In this document: piece by piece, positions 12,830 to 25,269 of the stretch
How positions within the stretch are numbered: the stretch's first letter is position 1
How the letters are laid out: each line of letters starts with the position of its first letter
NCBI RefSeq assembly: GCF_009914755.1
Contig: NC_060932.1
Length of the DNA: 64,000 bases
Reading direction: 5' to 3' (one strand)
From: the human T2T-CHM13v2.0 reference genome, Homo sapiens
Made by a program: the position numbers and the translations under genes
Notes under the pieces: generated by a model
The model's input: the letters and a program-made list of their open reading frames with translations, nothing else
Databases searched by the model: none
What the model was told of the DNA's origin: nothing

Positions 12830-14315
12830 AAGAAAACATTTTGAAGCCTTTATTTACAAAAGCTTTAAAAACAAATAATACCCTCTGTTTTGCAAATAAT
12901 GTTTTGTTTAAAAAGGACCACCCAGTTACAGCACTGTAATATCATGAATAAAGAATGTACAAGGGAGACAAACCAATGTGACTAACATTTGGAGATTTGC
13001 TAATATTACTGATTGAAGTGTAGGTAACACACATTATAACTTGTAGTCCATCATTTCGGGGTAGAGTTAATGATTACTGTAAAGTCTTCCTACACATGCT
13101 CTGGTCTGGTCACATATTCTGCATGGCTAAGTATTTCACAGTCTCTTTTGTCAATATATATAAAATAGATTGCAAAGATATACACAAAAAAATAAGCATT
13201 ACACTCCTCAGGTAATTTTATCAGCTATATATATATATATGAGAATATATATATATTTTGTTGTTTTGTACCAAATCTCTCCATTATTTACCTTTGTAGC
13301 AACTATGAAAGCACAATTTTTGTCTTCTAATTTAATTTGGTACAAAATATACCTAAAGACTTATCTTTGGATTTTTAATAAAATTGATTTGTGTAACCAA
13401 CAAATCAAGAGCATCATAAGAATGGCTACAAAATTTAAAAAAAAAAAAGGGTAAATGGTGATGGAATAAAAATAAGCAGATCAAGGGAAGTGTGCTATCA
13501 TAAAATAACTGTAGCTTCAACATCTTGAGTACCAGTTTCCTGGCAGATAGTAAACATCCAATCACAAGGGATTTTTCCTGAAGGGTGTAAAGCTGGTTTG
13601 AAAATTCTTCAGTCACAGAGCAGCCTACACATGCCAATTAGAAACTGACAGACACTAGATGTGCTTGGAAGATTAAACACTACGTACAGAAACAGCAGTT
13701 ACTAAGCTCCTCAGTAGTTTCTTGTCTTTTTTAAGTTTCGCTGAATCGACAGTTTGCACAACGTGCTATATTCTGTGGGTCAAAACCAAGTAAATACTGT
13801 GTAAAGTTGGCAGATTTTTCCAGCTAAGATCAAGAAAAAACAAATTTTCTGATAAAACAGGTTTAGAGTCAGAAACACTCTCTAAAGTGCAAAACTGATG
13901 GTCCACGATCTCAAATAGCTAAAACTCCTGCAGAATGGAAGGGAGAGACGTGAAACAGGGAAATAAATTACAGTCAGTGCTAGTTAATTTAGGAAAAGGG
14001 AAAAATAAACCAAACTCAAGTCGGTAAAGTTTATCAAAATATTCAATGATGTAGCTTTCCCCACTCTCTGTCACACACGCTTGCTAACAAGTATATTAAA
14101 TTAAGGCCAAATTTAACCTGAATGCGTTTTTTTTTTTCTTTTTATTAAGATCTGAGATAGGAACGGTCATACTTAGTACTGAAAGGCAGACAATAAAATG
14201 GGCCATGAAAGGGGGGGGAAAGGTACTGTCTATTGTTCGAGGGATTCAACCAGAGATAAAACCTATATACAAGCATGTGTGTAGCTCGAAATAAAAATAA
14301 AAGGACTATTTCATG
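12830..14315 (-). other. CNOT7: CNOT7 3' UTR (proximal form)
   Basis: Repeat-free AU-rich sequence between the stop codon and AATAAA. Confidence 0.75.
12849..12854 (-). terminator. CNOT7: CNOT7 major poly(A) signal
   Basis: AATAAA on - within TGTAAATAAA, ~1.46 kb after the stop codon. Confidence 0.65.
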
Positions 14316-14444
14316 TCATGACTGCTTGTTGGCTTCCTCTTCATATGCATTCCCTGTGCCATTCTGTACATAGGATGAACCAGAACCAAGGCCATACAAA
14401 TGACCACAATATTTGGCATCATCAATATGATCTTCAAAGAACAT
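14316..14444 (-). CDS. CNOT7: CNOT7 exon 7 coding part (MFFEDHIDDAKYCGHLYGLGSGSSYVQNGTGNAYEEEANKQS*)
   Basis: Acceptor ttttAG|ATG; 129 nt to TGA. Confidence 0.96.
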   Translation of the reverse strand: MFFEDHIDDAKYCGHLYGLGSGSSYVQNGTGNAYEEEANKQS

Positions 14445-16022
14445 CTAAAAAGGAATTTTGAAGAAAAAAAAAAGATAATTTTAACCAAAAGGAACCACTT
14501 GTAATTTATATTTCAGCAATGTAAGTACTGACTGTTCACTGACAATAATGATGGCTCTTTTCTATGGTGTTCCTTTGAGGCTACGCATTTCAGTTCAATG
14601 AGTAAGACTAATGTCCTCAAAAGTACAGAGCTCAGAAACCAAAGAAAGAGACTACAAAAAAAGTGTATAAATGCATGTCTTTTCCATTTAGACCATTTTT
14701 ATAAGAATTTTTCATCATGGAAAAATAACTATTCCATTAATTTAACAATACTCAAGAATGAAGAAAGCCAATGATGGTGGGGGAAAAAAAGTTTAGGTTC
14801 ATAAACTGTCTTAAATCTGTATGCAAGGCTGAGCTGGCTATAAATGATCAAACCATAAAGTCATGGACAGTAAAATCCAAACATTCACACTCTATTACTG
14901 TCCTTGAAGAAGCCAAGAAAAATAAAGATAAATTAGTGCCAGAAATCCACCTTTAGTTAAATAAACCATTAAGACATTTTTAAAATGCAAAGCTAAAAAA
15001 TCCAAAAGGTTGTTTCAATTATCTAATGAAACAATTGGAAGGAGTCCAAAACAAAATATTTACGTGTCATGAATGGATAGTCCAAATCACTTCTGAATCA
15101 ACAACACTACTTAGCAAAACAGCTTTAATGCTTTCTATTATCAATACATTGCTACAAAAAGTTTTAAATTCTCAGTCTCAATTTAATGTCTAAGAGAAAA
15201 TATACTCAAATCCACAGCGAATTTTTCCAAAAGGGAAAACTTATAGTCAAGAAAAACCTCACTTGTTTTTTGCACAACCAATTTTCCTGTTTACCTATAG
15301 CTAGGTGTATCTGTGCACATCACTTAATTACTTAGGAGTAGATAATGGGTTCATTTAGTTTCATTCTTCCATCCCTAACACTTTATACTCAAGGAACTGA
15401 TCTCTGCCTTTTGCCGTTTAAGGAGGGTTTTCCTAATATGGTTTCTGATGCAACTACTACGTTGGATTTATTTGATCCCTTCGGAATTCAACCCCCCTTT
15501 TAAGACTCAATGCAGTAAAAGAGCCTGAGTTCTTCTCTATAAAATCTTCAAAGCACTGAAGAATGACATGAGCAAATAATATATTTATCACCAGTTTAAA
15601 CCTTAAAAGGGGTCATGCTAGAATAAACCTAATATAAAGATTCCTTGCCTCGTAGAAGGAGCACCAATGGGAGTCAGAAAAGAACTCTGGAGTTCTCCCA
15701 CTAGTAATGTGTTTAATCATGGAAGTTATTAGCCTGTTTTCTCACCTGAGAAATAATATGGTTGGACCTACATGACTTCTCAGGTAGTTTATGTTTTAAA
15801 ATTGTTGGTTCTATGATGAACATGTTCTCCCAGTTCCTTCTGAACTACATTTCAAGATGACTTATTTTTGAATACTTTTAAGTGTGGTGGATGTGACTCA
15901 TATGGTATCTCTAATTATATCTTTACTTAGTAGGTACTTGTTGCCCAAAATCTTTGGCCACAAGATTTTTAATGTTCTCAACCTAACAACCAACTGAGAA
16001 AAAGGCAGTGATGTCTTCATAC

Positions 16023-16133
16023 TTCTCTCATTTTGAAAAAGGCCATTCCTGTGAGCAATGAATCAGATCCTGCCTGATGTTGTGGTCCTATCCGTTCCAG
16101 CTCTAACTGTTCTGCCACCTCCTGTAATCCACC
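16023..16133 (-). CDS. CNOT7: CNOT7 exon 6 ([37 protein letters not shown])
   Basis: tttctAG|GGT...GAA|GTATGA; 111 nt; contains the DEDDh HQAGSD motif. Confidence 0.96.
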
Positions 16134-17445
16134 CTAGAAAAAATAAAAAATTGCTTGTCAAGAAGAAAAATCTTACAAGGCCTAAATTCACAAATTATAA
16201 ACTTAGACGCTGACCAAAATAAAAATAAACTTTAGTATGTAAAGGTGAATCTTATAAAGATTGGGGGGAAGAAACAGAGAATGTGAATTACTAATGTATT
16301 TGTTGAATGCGGAAAAAGTATCATTTAATAGAAAACAAGATCCTAATTGGGAAAATGTATTTTCATCATGTTTTAGGGCATATGACAGGTAAATACTCTC
16401 CTAGATATGGGAAGGAAGCAGACCATATATAGGGTAATATTTATCAAGTACACTCATAGTCTATCAATCCAGTAATAATTATAAAACTGAAAAGCTAGTA
16501 TAACACCATTTTTTTCATATTTTCTTAAACTTCCCACCATCCATTTGTAGTTTTCACTTAATTTTTACAAAACAAAGCCATTATGAATAATCATTAAGAA
16601 TATGCTAAATGCTTCACTATGGTTTTCTTAGTTAAGACGAGTATATGCACACAACTCCTTAGAGTGGTCTGCTATAATCCACCTATGTTAATACTCCTAA
16701 GATTAAAAAAGAAAGATGAGAGTGGAAAGAGTGGAAAGAAAGAAAGAGAAAGACAGTAACAGAAGGAAAGAAAGTGGGAGGACAGGCAAGGAGAGTAAAG
16801 GGAGGGGAGAATAAGTAGAGCGTGAAGGAAAGAAACACCAACAACAAAACAAAAATTCTTCTCTAACTTGTTAAGGCCTCCACCAGCAAAATGGCCCTTC
16901 TGTGCATCACAGCTTGAAACAAGGCTTTGCACAGCAGTTGCTTCTGCGCTAAAAATAGCACGAGGATTAGGTATCGTTAGCAGCTGCTTAGGAGAACAGA
17001 ACTAGAACTGAATAGAACAGCATGGCTGACTATAGGTCAAAAAGCACCTTTGTCGTTAACCTGAATTTTAACACAGCAGCTTACTCAGGACACATTCAGA
17101 ATATCTGTACTTAGAAACTTCCCAGTAACAACCACATGATGAGCAATAATTTGGTTCCCTGTTCCTGAAAACTATCATTATACAGACATGTCAATTAAAA
17201 AAAAAGTCAGATGAAAACATGTAGGCCTCAGCATGCAGTGCTTTCACAGGGTGGGCTGAATTTCTCAAGCAAGGGATACCCTACTGCAAGTTCACTTCCT
17301 GGAAGTCCCCTCAAATTACACAGAAGTCTACTGCTACAAACATAAAATAATCTTTCTTGAAAATTTCTCTAGTCATATGCTGACCATATCATGTATTAAA
17401 GGTAAACACTGGCCAAAAGAAAGCTTCTCATCTTCAGTTATCTGT

Positions 17446-17680
<235 letters not shown>

Positions 17681-18311
17681 TTAAAAATACATGTTATGCA
17701 GCGTCAAAATGTTACTACTATCTAGGCAGGACCTACACATTTCCCATAGTACTTAACTGTAACAAGCTGACATCTTTTGGCCACAGAAAAATCTTTTAGC
17801 TATATAGTTTAATCCTAGGAGCATTATCCTATCACTAGAACTGACAAAATAATTTCTAGCCAAGATAAGCCAAAAGGAAAGAAAAACTTTTGCCACACTA
17901 CTAAATACATCTGCATATCGCTGGCCACCTTAGATTCCACCTTGTAAGAACAGATTCTATGCGTCTTGGGAGAAAGTAACAACTCACAATGGCGTGCATA
18001 TGAGAGCCTCAATGTCCTCAGATTTGTGTTTTGGTTTGTGATTTTCAATCTGGCAAGCAGTGACAAGAACCGGACCTAAGCCTGAAATGTGTTGAAAATT
18101 CTGCCTTCTGCCAAGACATACTGAAGCTCTGAAAAAAGGATTCCCTACAAATTATGTATGCAAGAAAAAAAATCACATGACCAGATAATATAATTGCATT
18201 CACTGTAATACTTTAAAATATGGTTTAAAACAACATCCCAGCCTAGGCTCTCATGACAGTCACTTGGTCTGAACAGTGTGCTGCTGTAGATAATGCCATC
18301 CGAAGCCTTAC

Positions 18312-18456
18312 TTTGAGATTTTTGCAGCTCTTCATGAGGTACTTCACATCATAAATGACAGGAAAAAACAATCGAAGGATCTCAAAGAAGTCAAGTTCTT
18401 CTTCAGGCAAGTTAGAGTTGGTTAGGATTTTGATTAAGTAGCCAAAGTCGTAACCG
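18312..18456 (-). CDS. CNOT7: CNOT7 exon 5 ([12 protein letters not shown]...SCKNLK)
   Basis: ttttatAG|CGGT...AAA|GTAAGG; 145 nt. Confidence 0.96.
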
Positions 18457-20169
18457 CTATAAAAGGGTTAAAAGAATAGAGAAGAGGGACATATAAATAC
18501 TATAAAGATTAAAAAAAAAAGTTTTTCTGATTCAAATTTAAGCAAGTCACACTAGAGCCCTCCCAAAAACATTAAAGAGAAGTGCACACAAGAACAGAGA
18601 AAACAAACATATTGAGAACTATGAGAAAATGTCGTCATCTTACAGTATTAAGAACTTTATCACTTTATTATTCAGAGATATCAACACAGACCTACACTAC
18701 CAAACCAGCCTATGGTCAATAAAATACTATTTTGTTGATATCTGAATAGAGAACACCAAGAAGAGTATCAAGCTGCCCACAGATGTCTCAAAATATTTTT
18801 TAAAGTAACTATGGAAATGGAGAAATAAAGATGAATGGAAACTTGGCCAGAAGAGTTAGCAAAGGTAGCAAGAGAACTGGCATTCGGTAGACAAAAGTAA
18901 TGCAAGTCATCCCACTTTTACATAAGGTGGTCATATACTTTATCCAAAGAATAAGACTGTAACAAGGTATTTTCACTTCTCTTAAATGACTGTGTTAAGT
19001 AGTCTCTCCCTTTTCTTCCTTCACAATTCTCTTCCTTTCAGTGTGGCTCCCTAAGAGTCATTATTAATGGAAATGCTGCACATGGAAGAAGTGAAGGGTA
19101 GTAAAAAAATAACTACTCTCTTGATCATAAAATGCAAACTCCTACACTCTCAAATCCAGAACTCTTCTCCCTTTGTCCGGCCTTTCGCACAGCTTTCTGT
19201 CTCCCTACACTCCCAGGCCACTTAGACACGTCCGTCCCTTGTCTACCTTTCCTTCCAAGGACCTCTAACAGGAAGCCTATATGACATTTGCTCACTAACA
19301 TTAAAAGATTATATTAGCGCTTAGGATTTATAAACTTCTTAAACTATTCTTTATTACTTGAAATTAGAATATGAGGAAAACAACTAATGATATTTAATGG
19401 AATAAAATCTTCTATCTTGATAAATATTCAAATATATCAGTCTAACTTAGATTCTAAACTCCAAGAAGACATGAATGAACCCTGTTTGTTTTTGTTCATC
19501 TTAATACCCAGTGCCTAGTGCACTGTATTTTGTCAGAGTATTTTTTAAATGAAAGGGTATGTCATATACAGTAAAAGGGAAGGGCAATACTTTCCAGTTC
19601 TTTTGCACCTTCATATCTAGGGAAGAAAAATGACTAAAAAAAAGGTATTTGTATCAAGAGTCTTAAGTTATGTTTCCTAAGGTACAAGTTCAAGTGCAGA
19701 AGAGACAAAAAAGATGATAGGTAAGAATGAGTGTGTTCAGTACCTACAACTCAACCATTTCTGGTTAGTACACATCAAAGTTGCCCACATGAACAGTCCT
19801 TCACTATAAACATCCCACAGATCAGAGACAGAAACTAAACATGCAGGAGACTCAGATTTAAGATACATGTGTGAAGTGGACCAAGTATGAGAGTATTAAC
19901 ATCTATGTAACACAATGCTTTTTCAAAACCTAACAAAAGCCAATATCATTCTGAAGGTTACTTTTAGTCCCTGGAACGTCAGTTTAGTTTACTTAGATGG
20001 GAAAACTCTTTTTCATACGTGGAAGTCTATTTCACAAAATCGGAATAGTTTCCTTACCAGAAACACTCTTAAATAATCTAGTTTCATAACAATAAAGAAT
20101 TTAGAACCACCACTTATTGAGAATTTACTGTTTATAAAGTATTTTGGTGACCATTAAAACAAGTCTTCA

Positions 20170-20457
20170 AGCTATTTCTTCTAAGGGATGCCTTATCACT
20201 TTAAAAAAAAATTAAAATCCATCTCCACACCCATCCCTAGCATTTTCTTTGCTGTTTTGAGATAGTACTTATCACTATCTAACAAATCACAACGTGAACT
20301 CCATTTTTAAAAACTGTCTGCCCACCCCCATGAGAATATAAACTCCATGAGGAAAATAATTTTCATCTGTTTTATTCACACCTTAGTTCCTAGAATCTCA
20401 TCTCAGTGCCTGCCATATGGTAAATACTCAATAACGTTGTGTAAATGTAAGTGAATG
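20170..20457 (+). mobile_element. L2 3' end fragment
   Basis: AAACTCCATGAGG...CAGTGCCTGCCATATGGTAAATACTCAATAA...GTGAATG, typical L2 3' end. Confidence 0.65.
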
Positions 20458-20807
20458 GTTTCCCCCGTAGAACATTAAAAACTAAGGTGTAGAAATAGTA
20501 AAAGAAAACCCTGGGTAACACCAATTCCAAATGGCGCCGCTGGATTTAAACCAGGGTCTTTCACTTTTTAGAGAACCTGTACTGTTTCCACTATGCAACA
20601 TGCTTCTCACAGGCAAAAATGGATCCCATATTTTAAATTAACCTTTAAGCAGACCAACATTAGCCTCCTAAGAGTTAGGAGACAACTCTATATGGCAGTC
20701 AACTCTTTCCAGAATTAAACCTGAAATTGCTAACATAGTGACCCAAGTAAGTGTGGAGCAAGTATGAGATGGAAAAACAAATGCCATTTTCAATGTAGTC
20801 GTTTTAC

Positions 20808-20969
20808 CTATGAAATGACAACCATTTGACCCCTTCACAGAGGACCACTCCAGAAGTCATAAGAAGTTCTGCAAAGTACTGGGTTTCAATTCCTTCCTCC
20901 TCATGTTTTTTAAACTGGATACCAGATGTTGTTAGTAGCTCTATAGAGTCCTGGGCATACATGTCCTCC
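20808..20969 (-). CDS. CNOT7: CNOT7 exon 4 (EDMYAQDSIELL...KWLSFHS)
   Basis: ctgccAG|GGAG...TAG|GTAAAA; 162 nt; matches ORF 20804..21004. Confidence 0.97.
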
Positions 20970-22671
20970 CTGGCAGAAGAAAGAGAAAGACAACATTCAA
21001 ACATGCCATTACTTCAAACAAGCTGTTCTTCTGCTTACATCTATAACTACAGTGCCAGAAAAGAGACAGAGGAATGGCTTGAGTCCACCTGTTTCAATGC
21101 TTTATATATATGCAAGAAAAATGCAATTTAAATACAAAGGTCATTATTTCAGAAAAGTGTTTCGAATAAAAAATCATTCAGAGAGTCCAAAGGTGCAATT
21201 TTAATCTTTTTTCTATTAACTCTATTAGCCTTTCATACTTAAATACATTTAACTGGGTTTGGAAAAGGGTCTCCTATTCACCAGGGGCTACCGTCGCAAA
21301 GTGACAGACAAGTTTTTTCAGAGACTCTCAGTCTCAGCAGCCACTGTAATGCTCCCAGATGGAGCTGCAGCCATAGCTGTGGGGCATATGCCCATCTCCC
21401 GTGCTCTCAGCAGCACCAGTAAGGAGACCCAGTGGAAAATGTCTCATGCGGATGAGTTAAACTACACTTCATCTTAAAGAAGGAGATGCCTCCTTTCACA
21501 AATGAGCCTTGCAAATGCCTCCAATAAGCAACACTGTATAAAGGACTGTACTGTAATAGCAATAATTTCTTCTGCCAACAATCCTATTCCTAAAAGACTG
21601 CCTTATAAAATCAAGCCAGGAAATCTAAATATAAACCAATTCTTCAAGATTTCACTTAAGCCAAAAAGAAAGCCATCTCCAACCTCAAATATATTTCCAA
21701 CCACAAATATGTGTATCTGAAATATTAAAAGTTTCCAAAATATATCTGTATCTGAAATATTAAAACAAAAAAGTTACCAAAATACAGATACATTTTTGAG
21801 AATACGTGAAAAAGTGTTTTTTTATTTACTTTTTAAATTGTAAGAATACTGGTTTCTACCTCTTGGCAAAAGGAATTCCTATTAAACACTTGACAAATCT
21901 AAACCATGGGGTTCACTTCACTTGGGCCAAAAAGTATCGTTATGGTTAGTCCTTTAGAAATCAATTTATTTCTAAATGTCTGAAAAATTACAAAACAATG
22001 GAAATATTTTAAAAGAGAAGGAAACCACAACAATCACGTAAAAGTCAGTCTCCCCTGGAAAATCCTTTAGGAAGGGTAACAGAATAAACCCAATGAAGTA
22101 GTTTCTTTTTTTTTTTTTTTTTCCAGTGAAACCACAGCTTTCCTATGCTAAAAATATGTACCTCAAAAAATTAGAATCTCATTCATCAGGTCCCAGTGCT
22201 CACACTGAGGCATGCCTTAGCAACTATAAGCAATGAAAGGGATAAAAAACAGATTCTTCTCCAGGTGCACATCATTCTTGGCCATTTGCCAAGGTATAGG
22301 TATACAAGTAGTTTAGACCTTTTTCTCTTAAGTTTCCAATAACACCCTTCACCTGTCTACTTGCAGCATATGGCTTCACCCCATACCTGCTTTACAAAGA
22401 AACATCAGATTAATATTCCTGTCTTTCTTTACATCTACGTATGTGAAGATCTTTCTTACTTAGACTACAAAGACAGCTTGCCTCATCGCCAAAGCTAATT
22501 GCTACCAATGCCTTAGACGCTATTCCATGCCATTCCTCAAAGGACTTGTCAAGTGCCTATCTTTATCCTAACATACAACTCCTTAACTAACTCATGAACA
22601 CACAAATATGTCTGTGTATTATCTGTAAAACAAAATAAAAACCACTATTCTGTTGATTCTGCTTTCCCTTC

Positions 22672-22953
22672 TTGAGACAGGGTCTGGCTGTCATCCAGGA
22701 AGCAGTGGCTTGAACACGGCTCACTGTAGCCTTGACCTCCCGGACTCAAGCAATCCTCCTTTTGTAGCCTCCCAAGTAGCTGGGACTACAGATATGAGCC
22801 ACCATGCCTGGCTAATTTTCCTATTTTTGTAGACAGGGTTTTGCCATGTTGCCCGAACTGGTCTTAAACTGAGCTCAAACAATCTGCCCACCCTGGCTTC
22901 CAACTGGCCTCCCGAAGTGCTGGGATTACAGGAATGGGCTACTGCATCCAGCC
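22672..22953 (-). mobile_element. AluJ
   Basis: Diverged antisense Alu dimer. Confidence 0.85.
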
Positions 22954-23097
22954 TTCCTTCTTATGGCACTCTCTATCTCCTTCTTTACACTGCCACTTTC
23001 CTTAAATGAAGCATCAGCATCCTTTCTGTTACCACCAAACCCAAGGTGCCCTGTAATTTCTACTATCCTATTGAATTACTGCAATCACCAAAAGTGA

Positions 23098-23388
<291 letters not shown>

Positions 23389-23848
23389 TAAAAGTGAGAA
23401 TTTGTTAAAAATTTGTTTTAATCCTCTTTATCAGTGACATTATTTCCACAGAATGCTTCTCTTCTTCACAGCTCATCAGTACTCCACTTCAATTTTCATG
23501 GATGTATCAACTCCAAATTCAGTTTGGAGAGAATTCCCATACGTTACAATTGTAATTCTTAGACTTAGGCAATAGAGAGAAAACAGAAGAGTTACAAAAC
23601 ACTGAGTTATAAAGACCACGACCAACTTTCCTCAGTACTAAATCCCTAGTGTCTAGCACTGTAACTGACACTCATTCTAGCCACCCCATTAAAAAGTCAA
23701 TTTTGATCTTTCTTCCAAATTTCCAAGATTCTCTTCACGGTGCTCTCTCTATATTAGGCATTACTCGTTTATCTTCCAAATGACTTCTTCTACCTAATGT
23801 TTTTCACTGTATCCTTCTCCTTAAACATCTCCTAACATCAGTGTAAAT

Positions 23849-24062
23849 CAAGCTTGTCCAACCTGCAGCCAGTGGGCCACATGTGGCCCGGCATGGCTGT
23901 GAATGTAGCCCAATACAAATTTGTCAACTTTCTTAAAACATTTTGAGATTTTTTTTTTTTTTAGCTCAACAGCTATTGTTAGCATTAGTGTATTTTATGT
24001 GTGGCCCAAGACAATTCTTCCTCTAGTGTGGCCCAGGGAAACCAAAAGATTAGACACCCCTA
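23849..24062 (-). mobile_element. MER30 (hAT-Charlie MITE), full length
   Basis: CAAGCTTGTCCAACC...TTAGACACCCCT termini; perfect 8-bp TSD gtgtaaat at 23841-23848 / 24063-24070. Confidence 0.9.
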
Positions 24063-24452
24063 GTGTAAATGGTAGCAAAACTTGGTAGTAAACTTTAGCA
24101 GTCATTTTTGAGTAAGAAAGAAAAAATGTCACTTACAGGCTGTACTAAGAAAGCAGTTGTTACTCGAACAAAGGTGTTTCTAGAAAAGGAAACTGTCAAT
24201 TTTATCCAAACTGAGAAGCTGATGGGTTACCTCCTTCTCACGTACTGAGATCACAATAGTATCTAATTTAAAAACAATGTTCTAATTCACTTGAACAAAA
24301 AGTTAACATGGAACAAATGAAATGGTAAAGCACTAATTTTAATAAAGGTTTATCATTTGAGAAAAAGGATAGGAGGCAATTTTCAGTGTTTCACAGATGT
24401 AGTTCTTATAAAAGGTTTTCAGTTTGAGTGGAGTACTTTGCACCCTTTATAA

Positions 24453-24629
24453 ATGAGGTGTTCAATCTTTTGGCTTCCTTGGGCCATACTCAAAGAACTG
24501 TCTTGGGCCACACATTAAATAAACTAACTTAAACAACAACAAAAAAATCTCATAATGTTTTAAGAAAGTTTACGAATTTCTGTTGGGCTGCATTCAAAGC
24601 CATCCTGGGCCAAGGGTTGGACAAGTTTA
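24453..24629 (+). mobile_element. MER30, second copy in opposite orientation
   Basis: GGTGTTCAATCTTTTGGCTTCC...GGGTTGGACAAGTTTA; TSD ctttataa / ctttacaa. Confidence 0.88.
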
Positions 24630-24674
24630 CTTTACAAGGTTCTGTAGACTGTGCGTGTGTGTATAGATACAGGT

Positions 24675-24967
24675 ATTTTTAGAGACAAAGTATCACTCTG
24701 TTGCCCAGGCTGGAGTGCAGTGGTGCAATCTAGATCACTATAGCCTTGAACACCTCAGTTAAAGCAATCCACTTGGTTCAGCCTCCCTGTACCTGTAGTG
24801 CTAGCTACCTGTACCTGTACCTGTAGTGCTAGGACTACAGGTACACAGCCACCATGCCTGGCTTAGTTTCATTTTTTTTTTTTTTTTTTTGTAGAGACAG
24901 AGTCTATGTTGACCAGGCTGGTCTAGAACTCCTGGCCTCAAGCAATCCTCCTGCCTTGGTCTCCAAA
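24675..24967 (-). mobile_element. AluJ with internal TACCTGTAGTGCTAG duplication
   Basis: Antisense Alu dimer; tandem duplication at ~24788-24832. Confidence 0.85.
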
Positions 24968-25269
24968 TGGAGAGTATATTATTAAACCCAAAAGAGTGAA
25001 ATGGAGAGTCAGGCTAAACACAGTGTAATTACAAGCCACACTACTATACCACAGGCATCATTACTCTGCTTTTCCTAAGCCCTACTTTCGTAAAATTGTG
25101 TATACTAAATATCTTTGTTTATCTGACAAAGAACAGGAAGAAAGAATTCATACATTGGCACTACCATTAATTGCCTACAGTTTCTTTCACTATTTTACCT
25201 ACCAGATATTAGGATGTATGACACAAATGTAGGATGTCAAACAGAAGAACAATGCAATATTGCAACATA

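Noticed and set aside
14126-14146. AATAAA 170 nt after the CNOT7 stop
   Set aside because: Immediately followed by a genomic A-run on the minus strand; cannot be separated from an internal-priming artefact
16669-16890. GGTGGATTATAGCAG resembling the start of exon 6, and a GGLNKL peptide resembling other CAF1 proteins
   Set aside because: Similarity stops after ~15 nt or 6 aa; insufficient to claim an exon duplication
20826-21131. 101-aa plus-strand ORF
   Set aside because: Antisense shadow of CNOT7 exon 4
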